From the IMG/VR virus record IMGVR_UViG_3300042387_002391: a stretch of 64,000 bases of DNA; one strand, written 5' to 3'. The notes beneath the pieces are model-generated. The model saw only the letters and a list, made by a program, of their open reading frames with translations, did no database searches and was not told the DNA's origin. The DNA is from a virus. Position 1 is the first letter of the stretch. Every line of letters starts with the position of its first letter. The position numbers and the translations under genes are program-made. Of this stretch, positions 56,931 to 64,000 are shown piece by piece.

Positions 56931-58210
56931 TCAAGAATTATTTTCTTTTTTATATTTCTCGAAATAATCTGTAGTTGCTTGTGGAGGATTAAAAGTTTCT
57001 GATGACATTTTTGGATAAGGATTTAAATCTTCATTTAGTTTGGGAAGTAAATTCAAACCATCAACGATTCTTTTAAGATTATTGTAAGTGTACATACTGT
57101 ACATATCAGGTATATCGACTTTTCCTTCACCAAGAACATAAGAAGGAAGTTTACTACATATGCTAAATTTAGGAACGCTTAGAGTTTGTCTTAGATATAA
57201 CTTCCATCTATCATTTTGGAAGAATTCTAAATAATACATGCAATTATTTTCTGCATAGTTTTTAGGATAATATTCATCGGGATATAGTTGTTTGGTCAAA
57301 TCTTCCCAATCTTCATCAGTCATTCTTGGATCACAATTATCACAAACTTCAGATGGTCTAGCTACCGTAAAACCACTGATAAAAGGATCATTCGAAAAAG
57401 GAAAAGGTTTTTTTGACGCCAGATCGCTACTTGGATCATCTTTATCTTCCGTTTCTACGTTTGCTCCATAAGTCCAATAGTTTTCTTTAAATTTTTGCCA
57501 TTTAATCATGTTTTCATAATCTTGAACATCTTCTTTTGTGACAATATTTTTATTCTCATGTTCAATGTCTTCTTTTGTAAAAAAATCTGATTTAAGATTT
57601 TCAACAGTATCCACAACATATATAGAATCTATTTCGTGCCACTGAGACAAACTATTTTTATTTTTAATATTTACATATTTTTTAGAGTCTGAATAACCTA
57701 AAATTTCACCTTCATATAAGGAACCTACCTTACTAAAAAGTCTGTAGATAACAGTTGTTCCGTTGTTGTAATCTTCTGGTTTCATTATTTGTATATTTTT
57801 CTAAAACATCCTTTTTTTACGAGTTTATTCATAATTTCCTCTGTATAAGCAAAAACAAAATATCCTTCATCTTTAAATTTTTGTATGTTTACATTATAGA
57901 AGCTGTTTGTTTTTTTGTCTTTAACGAAAATCTCCCCATCTTCAACTCTCTCGTAGTAGGTTTCTTCATTATTTGTTTTTTGAGTAGCACCAATAAAGGG
58001 AGCTTGAGAATCCTTAAAATACTTCTCCAATTCTTTTTTAGGAAGATGGTCTAGAAGAATGTCCTTACAATTTAAGATTTCTAAATCTACTTTTCTTCCC
58101 TTTAGTTCTTCAAAAGTATAATCACAAGCTGTAATTGTCGAGCAAATCTTTTCCAGATTTTCTGTCTCTCTGACAATTATTTCAAATACATATTTTTTGT
58201 CTTTATTCAT
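56931..58210 (-). other. Two hypothetical genes (56931-57785, 57785-58210)
   Basis: 284-aa and 141-aa ORFs with a 1-nt stop/start overlap. Confidence 0.6.
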
Positions 58211-58270
58211 TTTAAAATATCTTTGACTTGTTCTAGTGTCTCAAATACGAAATTTTAGTTGTCTGTTCAT
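58211..58270 (-). pseudogene. YopX N-terminal fragment with Trp->TGA stop
   Basis: ATG AAC AGA CAA CTA AAA TTT CGT ATT TGA GAC = MNRQLKFRI*D, in frame with the ATG at 58210. Confidence 0.65.
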
Positions 58271-58680
58271 TGTTTTAAAAGTTCACTATGTTCAAAAATA
58301 TTTCCAATTACTTCAATTTTTCCACCTTGACCGTTTAAATCGTAAACCCTAAAACCAGGATGATTAACCTCACCCTCTCTAGTCCACCTAATTACGGACA
58401 TGTTATCTGGGAGATTGGGATTTTCATATCCTTTTCTACTATATCTTGGTTGTTCTGGATACTCATGCCGTATAATATCACCTTCGTAAATCTCTTTTCC
58501 GTCTCTGTCTTTTAGTCCAGTAAATTGCTGGACAATATACTCATCCCCACCAGAACCATTCTGAAGGTTTTGAAATTGTCCATTCAAAGTAAGAACATAA
58601 TGTCCTTGATATCCTTTATCTGGATAGGTGAATTGTTTTGCTAGTTTATCCCAACAGCGGAATTTAAGTTGTCTTTGCAT
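58267..58680 (-). CDS. YopX-family protein 7
   Basis: QLKFRCWD...QQFTGLKDRDGKEIYEGDII...EVIGNIFEHSELL. Confidence 0.9.
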   Translation of the reverse strand: MQRQLKFRCWDKLAKQFTYPDKGYQGHYVLTLNGQFQNLQNGSGGDEYIVQQFTGLKDRDGKEIYEGDIIRHEYPEQPRYSRKGYENPNLPDNMSVIRWTREGEVNHPGFRVYDLNGQGGKIEVIGNIFEHSELLKQ

Positions 58681-59158
58681 AATAATCTAAAGCTTCTTGA
58701 TACTGCTTTTCATTATACGAACCATCTTCATAACTGTCAACATAAAAAGTTTTAGGTATAAGAGGAAATTTGACATTCATTTTGGATTTTCCGTTTGTGT
58801 AGCAATCTCCATCTGAATCTCTCCATACTACAGCTTCTATGTAATAAGATGACCCATCTGAATTTTTAAATACTGCACCATTTCTTATGTTTTGATATTT
58901 TGGATCATCTCCTAAACTAGAAATATCTCCCCATTCATTATCTTCTCCAGTGAGAGGAGTTAATGTTTCAAAATTTGCTAAAGTTTTAAACATATTTGCA
59001 ACATAAGGAGCACTGAAACCAGAATGTCCTTGTTTTGAAAATACTTCAATAAGCTCCAGAATACAATCATATGCTAATTTGTTATAACCTTCTTTTAGGT
59101 CTTCTTCTGAATAGATAAGACCAAGTTCTTTTTTTGCGTGTGTTATTAAGTTACTCAT
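58664..59158 (-). CDS. Conserved phage protein (QGHSGFSA family)
   Basis: HAKKEL...F.KQGHSGFSA...LTPLTGED.EW...YQN.R. Confidence 0.75.
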   Translation of the reverse strand: MSNLITHAKKELGLIYSEEDLKEGYNKLAYDCILELIEVFSKQGHSGFSAPYVANMFKTLANFETLTPLTGEDNEWGDISSLGDDPKYQNIRNGAVFKNSDGSSYYIEAVVWRDSDGDCYTNGKSKMNVKFPLIPKTFYVDSYEDGSYNEKQYQEALDYYAKTT

Positions 59159-59162
59159 ATTT

Positions 59163-59390
59163 TTAATTTGGTATATATTTTTTCCAATTTTTTATTAAAG
59201 TTATCGGAATTTCTCCGTTTGAATTCTCCCATTCTTTTTTGGTAACATAAATCCACGGACTTCGGCAACCGCATGAATCACAGGATATTGCAGACGGTAT
59301 TCCTTCTCTGTCTTCGCAATCAAACTGAACAGGAACAAAATTATGCTCGTCAGAAGTTCTGCAAAATGGGCAAGTTAAATTATATTTCAT
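59163..59390 (-). CDS. Lar-like zinc-finger protein
   Basis: CPFC...CDSCG...W. TTGACT-N17-TAGTAT-N7-ATG upstream. Confidence 0.55.
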   Translation of the reverse strand: MKYNLTCPFCRTSDEHNFVPVQFDCEDREGIPSAISCDSCGCRSPWIYVTKKEWENSNGEIPITLIKNWKKYIPN

Positions 59391-59422
59391 TTTTTAAATA
59401 CTATACTTTTTCCATCTTAAAG

Positions 59423-59833
59423 TCAAGCTTCAAAATCTGCTAAAGAAAACCATTGTCTCTTGTTTCTCATTTCTTCAATCTTCCAATATGGAACTCCGTG
59501 TTCGTTTTGATATTCTCCTGTCATATGATGAATCTCTACATTATAGCCATATTTTCTTGTCAAGTCAATATAAGGTTTTGCTTCTTTTTTGGTAAGAGTA
59601 GTATTAGAGACAATAACATCTTCCCCTCTCTGCATAGACTCTTCTGTGCTTTTTTGGCACTCTGTATGACAATAACTAAGCCTTTTAGGATCAAAAAAAT
59701 AGTTACCATACAGATCAACCATCCATTGATCTGCTTCAAAATGATTTGTAATGCCTTTCTCTTTTTTAAGTTTATTGGCAAAAGTAGTTTTTCCTGAACC
59801 ACTTGGACCACAGATAAGATAAAGAGTTTTCAT
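59423..59833 (-). CDS. P-loop kinase (AAA_33/polynucleotide-kinase-like), copy 2
   Basis: GPSGSGKTT, FEADQW, VSNTT, HGVP. Paralog of 42207-42611. Confidence 0.85.
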   Translation of the reverse strand: MKTLYLICGPSGSGKTTFANKLKKEKGITNHFEADQWMVDLYGNYFFDPKRLSYCHTECQKSTEESMQRGEDVIVSNTTLTKKEAKPYIDLTRKYGYNVEIHHMTGEYQNEHGVPYWKIEEMRNKRQWFSLADFEA

Positions 59834-60519
59834 TAAAACGGATTTAAAGTGTCTTTAGTATGGTGATCGAATGTTTTATTTTCTTTTTCTTTAAACCGCA
59901 TTCTAAGTTGAGGAAAACTTATAGGTTCACTAACTTCTTCTACTCCCACGTCTCTAATCTTACAATGTATGTATAGAGTTTTTCCAATATCACTATTCCA
60001 CAAATTACCATGACAGTGTCCATGAATCATCCAACTTCCTTTTGCCTGACCATTCCACGAAACTAATGGGTAATGAGAAAGCACAATAGGTTGACCGCAA
60101 ATCATAATTTCCAAATAATTTGGAACAAAATAAACTCTTTTATTATTAAAATCGAGATACCTAGTTCCGTTTTCTTCAGATGATTTACTTAACAATTGTT
60201 TGTAACCAGCTGAATGATTACCAGAAAAAAGATAAAGAGTCTTGAATGTCAACCTATTGAGAGTATCTGTTAATCTTTCTTCTCCTTTAGTACCAAACAT
60301 TATATCGCCTAAATGAAATATCTCAGATTCTTCTCCAATATTATCATTCCACCTTTTAATAAGAGTTTCGTCATGCTCTTCAATAGAGTTAAAACCTCTA
60401 TTTTTCCATAAAGGAGTTTCCCAGTGTTCGCACTTATGACCCAAGTGCATGTCAGACCAAAACCAAACACTAGTATGTTCGATTTTAATAGGTTCCCAAA
60501 AATAGTTAGATAGTTTCAT
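59833..60519 (-). CDS. Calcineurin-like metallophosphoesterase
   Basis: SDMHLGH, HLGD, GNH, SHYP, HGHCH. Confidence 0.9.
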   Translation of the reverse strand: MKLSNYFWEPIKIEHTSVWFWSDMHLGHKCEHWETPLWKNRGFNSIEEHDETLIKRWNDNIGEESEIFHLGDIMFGTKGEERLTDTLNRLTFKTLYLFSGNHSAGYKQLLSKSSEENGTRYLDFNNKRVYFVPNYLEIMICGQPIVLSHYPLVSWNGQAKGSWMIHGHCHGNLWNSDIGKTLYIHCKIRDVGVEEVSEPISFPQLRMRFKEKENKTFDHHTKDTLNPF

Positions 60520-60522
60520 TAA

Positions 60523-62693
60523 TTACGCAATTCTGTAATCTCTATAGCTACAATCACATCCCACATTTCTTTGAGGTGGATAAGAAGTCAAGATCATACA
60601 ATCCAAATCATTCATTTCTTTTCCACATTTTGGGCAAGCAATTCCGTTTGGCTGTGGGTAGGTGTTAATTTCAAAGAAATTTGAAACAGCTTCTTGATTG
60701 TGTTCGTCAAGAGTTTTCATGAATTAATTTCCGTATCCAAAAAAGTTATAAATTCTAAAATAACCATCGCTAAAGTTATTTTGTTTATGATATGAATTAT
60801 AAGAAATTTTAGGTTTCCAAGAACCTCTTTCAATTTGAAAATGCCAAGCGAAAAGTCTGATGTTTATTATTGTGTTGTCCATAATTTTTTAAATTTAAAT
60901 CCAAAAATCCATTCCATCATCTTTCTGTGAAAGATATTAGGTGTTTTGGTAAGAAAGAATATTACATCATCGTTACCAAATGGTCTACATTCGCATTCAA
61001 CTTTTTTTGGTTTATTGAAAATATTGTCCTGTATATATATTAAATCTTCTTTAACGGATGTCAATAGATATTTTGAATTATCATCCATGTTTCTAATTTA
61101 GTCTTCAACCCCAATAGGTTCTCTCCAATTCACTACTCATAATTTTTACGAACTATATTTTTTGTAATCGCTAAAAGCCTGATCTAAACTATCTTTTAAA
61201 GATAGTGCTTCTTCAAAAGATAGAATTCTTCGACTTCTTTCTGTATCGCTTTCAATTGTAAATTCAAAACCAAATTCTTTGTTAAGAATCATTTTAGCTA
61301 GTTCGTTTTCGCTGTACTTTTTAGCGTATAAATTTACTGTAATTTTATTTTTCATGTTTTTCAACTTCATCCAATGGATTAAATCTACTTCCACAAAAAC
61401 TTGAAACTAATTCTATAACAGCATTTTCTCCATATGTCTGTTTTAAATTTTCTTGTGCTTCTTCCCAAGTCCAATTTTCTTCACGTGCAGCTCTTAAAAG
61501 CTCGCTATTTACTTTTGCTGTATATATTGTCATAAATTATATTTCTTTCTAGTTAATCTTTTTGAATTGCTTCTAATTTTCCGAAAACATGAACGTCATT
61601 TGGATATTTTTCCATTTCTTCGTTTAAAAATGGAGTATCTGGTATCGTATTAAAATTGCCTGCATCAACATTTTCTTTTATAAATGCACAACCCTGATCA
61701 ATACTAACATCAGGAAACCAGCGAATTACTTTGTGTTTGTAAAATAAAAATACATCATTGTCGTTCATACTTTATATTTTTTCCTCTCAAGTCTAACTTC
61801 CTTTCTCTTCAAGTCAAGTTTTTTTGTTTTGAAGTATCGTATTTTACCCAAGTGCCTTTATCATAATCCCAATGTCTATTATCATAAATTTTCAATACTA
61901 ATTCCCAACCAAAAAAATCTAATGCTAAAGAGGGTCCAGCATGATCACAGCCCCGAAAGCTCAAATCAACAGAAAAAGAAAACAAGTTGTAAAACGCAAG
62001 TCTTGAAAATTGAAATTCGAATGTTTTATGTTTAGTTAAAGAAATGGTTTTATATACGTTGTATGTATCACTAATGTCTTTTGCAAAAGGGTTTTTAATT
62101 GTAAATGAAAATGTAATCATATTTTGATATTAGAATTTTAACAACGTTTCCTTTCAAGCCAAGCTTGTTGATTTAAAAGCGTTCATAATCAAATTTTTTT
62201 TATTAGTAAAGAATTTGCTAATTTTCGGTTTGAATAGATGAAGTTTTAGAATAAGATTGCTATAATAGTATTCAAATTTACAGCAAAATTTTAACCCATC
62301 AAAATATCTCATTCCGTATAGTGTTTCATCTCTTCTTTTAAACATTTTATAAATAACAATTCCTTTATTGTTGTCAATAAAGCTTGTCATTTCTTCTATA
62401 GTTTTAAACCTTTGTATAGTTGCTGCATAAGGTTTCTTTTTATAAGGGAAGTTATAACCAATTGTTACAGGAAACTTGTGACTAGAAAGATATGCTTTAC
62501 CTTTTATAATTTCTTTGATCTCTTTATCTGTATAATCATAGGTAATATCTTCATAAGTTGTATTGAGAGGAACTTCATAATTTGTACAAGAATCTTCAAA
62601 TTTTTTTAAGTCATCTAAAACTTTTACGTTAATGTAATTAAATTCACGATTAAATGCTGATAAAGGAGGTGGTGTTGTATCGTTTTCGTTCAT
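60523..62693 (-). other. Cluster of small hypothetical genes (60523-60720 Zn-finger, 60724-60882, 60867-61088, 61146-61355, 61345-61533, 61553-61768, 61809-62120, 62154-62693)
   Basis: Packed minus-strand ORFs. CPKCG in the first. Confidence 0.55.
61775..61817 (-). promoter_or_regulatory. Repeated promoter/leader element, copy 1 (copy 2 at 63299-63341)
   Basis: TTGAC(T/A)-N16-TAGACT-TGAGAGGAAAAAATA. 26 nt are identical between copies. Confidence 0.65.
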
Positions 62694-62983
62694 AATTCAG
62701 ATTTCTTTCTTTCGCATCTATCTTCTCTTTCTTTAATAGCCTTTTCCACTACTTCTTTAAGTTGAGGATTTGTCTTCAAAAACTTTTCTTTATTAAACTC
62801 TGGATGATCCATTAGAATATCCATAGCACTTTGCACAAATTCTGGATTATAGTTTATTTTTTCTTTCATGCTCCATTGTTCTTGACCTTCCACAAGAGGC
62901 ACTTTTGTATCAGAATTATTGCTATCTAAAAGCGGTTTCCATTTTTCAAATAGTTTTTTATCTTCTTCTGTTAGTATTTTCAT
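62690..62983 (-). CDS. Small protein resembling the gp23 N-terminus
   Basis: LFEKWKPLL...LVEGQEQW versus gp23 LVEKWAPVL...LLENQEKW. Confidence 0.55.
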   Translation of the reverse strand: MKILTEEDKKLFEKWKPLLDSNNSDTKVPLVEGQEQWSMKEKINYNPEFVQSAMDILMDHPEFNKEKFLKTNPQLKEVVEKAIKEREDRCERKKSEL

Positions 62984-62999
62984 ATTTTTTCCTCTTAAT

Positions 63000-63296
63000 T
63001 TAGTCTTTAATAGGAGCTACATCAGTTTTCATCGGAATATCCTTTTCAATTTTCCAAGCATCTTTGAACCACTTACACATCGGGTCTAAGTCTTCTAGCA
63101 CAGGAATATCTTTTTGAAACGTTAAGGTTTGCCCATCAGGCGAATTGGCATAAAGATTTCTCTCTTCTATTTTTTTAGACACGTAATTTACAAACTTATC
63201 TCGCATATCTGGTTTGTAATGATCAAAACCGCAACTAATATCGTCTAAAATATCCCACAATCTTTTTGCTATCAATTTGTAATTAATTTCGTCCAT
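63000..63296 (-). CDS. Hypothetical protein
   Basis: Start MDEINYK follows the repeated leader. LWDILDDI...SPDGQTL. Confidence 0.6.
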   Translation of the reverse strand: MDEINYKLIAKRLWDILDDISCGFDHYKPDMRDKFVNYVSKKIEERNLYANSPDGQTLTFQKDIPVLEDLDPMCKWFKDAWKIEKDIPMKTDVAPIKD

Positions 63297-63470
63297 AATA
63301 TTTTTTCCTCTCAAGTCTAACTTCTTTTCTCTGCATGTCAAATTTTTTAATCTTATCCATAATTTTTTTATTTGGATATTTTCCGAAATCAAAATATCGA
63401 ATACTGAAAGGGGTTATCATTTTATAGAGTTTTGTAATCTCTCTATCTAACTTCTGTAACTTTTTAAAGA

Positions 63471-63548
63471 TGGTCGAAGAAGCACGACTCGAACGTGCGC
63501 CGCTCATGCGTCCATGGTTGTTCTTTCCTAATCCTAAACTATTCTTCG
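63471..63548 (-). tRNA. tRNA-like gene with aberrant anticodon arm (pseudo-tRNA)
   Basis: Acceptor CGAAGAA/TTCTTCG + ACCA, U8A9, D-stem GTTT/GAAC, T-arm GCACG-TTCGAGT-CGTGC. The anticodon arm CATG-GACG-CATG has only a 4-nt loop. Confidence 0.75.
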
Positions 63549-63577
63549 AAATTTTCATATAAACGTTGTTACTAATC

Positions 63578-63766
63578 TCACAAGTAACGATCTAACGCTT
63601 TAACCGCCTTTGTTTCATTATCGTGATAATGTGTTGTAAAACAAATACCATAAAAAGAATCATCACATCCCATCTTAACGTCAAATGATGTTAAGATGTC
63701 TTCTATGGAATTAATACATTTTTCTAATACTTCTTCAGCTTCTGATTTGCTGTTGTATATTTTCAT
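63578..63766 (-). CDS. Hypothetical protein
   Basis: 62-aa ORF on the coding strand. Confidence 0.5.
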   Translation of the reverse strand: MKIYNSKSEAEEVLEKCINSIEDILTSFDVKMGCDDSFYGICFTTHYHDNETKAVKALDRYL

Positions 63767-64000
63767 AAATTTTAAAATCTTGTTAAGATTTCAATTTCCC
63801 TAAAATGATACCATTCTCCATCTATGCGGTAAAAAATATTACCATAATCATTTAATTCGACTTCTAAATTCCCTTCAATAATTTTAGAATTTGCCATTTC
63901 AAACGGCTTTCTTTTTTTCGTAAACAAAACTTTCTTTGGAAAGTCAGGAGAAAGTTTTTCGAAATGAATTTTAAATTTTTTACCATTTTCGTTAATAAAA

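Noticed and set aside
58241-58243. TGA at a conserved YopX Trp suggesting stop-codon recoding
   Set aside because: Many genes end in TGA with ATGA overlaps and core genes are intact in code 11. A single nonsense mutation is simpler.
62154-62693. Possible second gp23-derived fragment (IGY...PY, YGMRY)
   Set aside because: Similarity is limited to a few residues and is not in a convincing order.
63283-63558. 91-aa ORF overlapping the tRNA-like gene
   Set aside because: Its 5' half runs through the cloverleaf and its 3' end through the repeated promoter. The RNA structure explains the sequence better, though a shorter ORF from about 63420 is not excluded.
1-64000. CRISPR array or cas genes
   Set aside because: No run of regularly spaced identical repeats was seen. 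Repeats found are promoters, paralog ends or pairs.
1-64000. Host assignment
   Set aside because: Gene style recalls uncultured freshwater T4-like phages and an SD-poor host, but nothing in the window identifies the host.

Overview
A 64-kb segment of a large, AT-rich, T4-like (Caudoviricetes) lytic phage genome using the standard genetic code. All family calls come from motifs I recognised by eye; no database search was run. The left and middle parts (1-43 kb) hold head genes (gp4, gp21, a gp67-like core protein, gp22, gp23) and two free-standing homing endonucleases behind gp23. They also hold a tandem pair of Pol-beta nucleotidyltransferases, GroES and gp62, gp15, a DEDDh exonuclease, DenV-like, Nudix and PhoH genes, a split gp5-like baseplate hub with inserted wall hydrolases, and a fibre-like gene. 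A mostly translationally coupled QueD-like/kinase/RmlB/TGT-like/glycosyltransferase/DUF366 operon sits at 16-20 kb. The right part (43-64 kb) is a minus-strand early/accessory region of small genes with 7 YopX paralogs, ABA-sandwich-like paralogs, module-junction repeats and a tRNA-like gene lacking a normal anticodon loop. Strongest leads: (1) a candidate sugar-decorated 7-deazaguanine DNA-modification operon; (2) about 12 proteins carrying T4-type capsid-targeting/gp21-cleavage leaders, including 3 HExxH proteases, 2 NTases, an ART-like protein and a PD-(D/E)xK nuclease, which may be a virion-injected effector set; (3) promoter geometry implying that both early and late mRNAs are largely leaderless; (4) the anticodon-less CCA-ending tRNA mimic; (5) an early protein resembling the major-capsid N-terminus.
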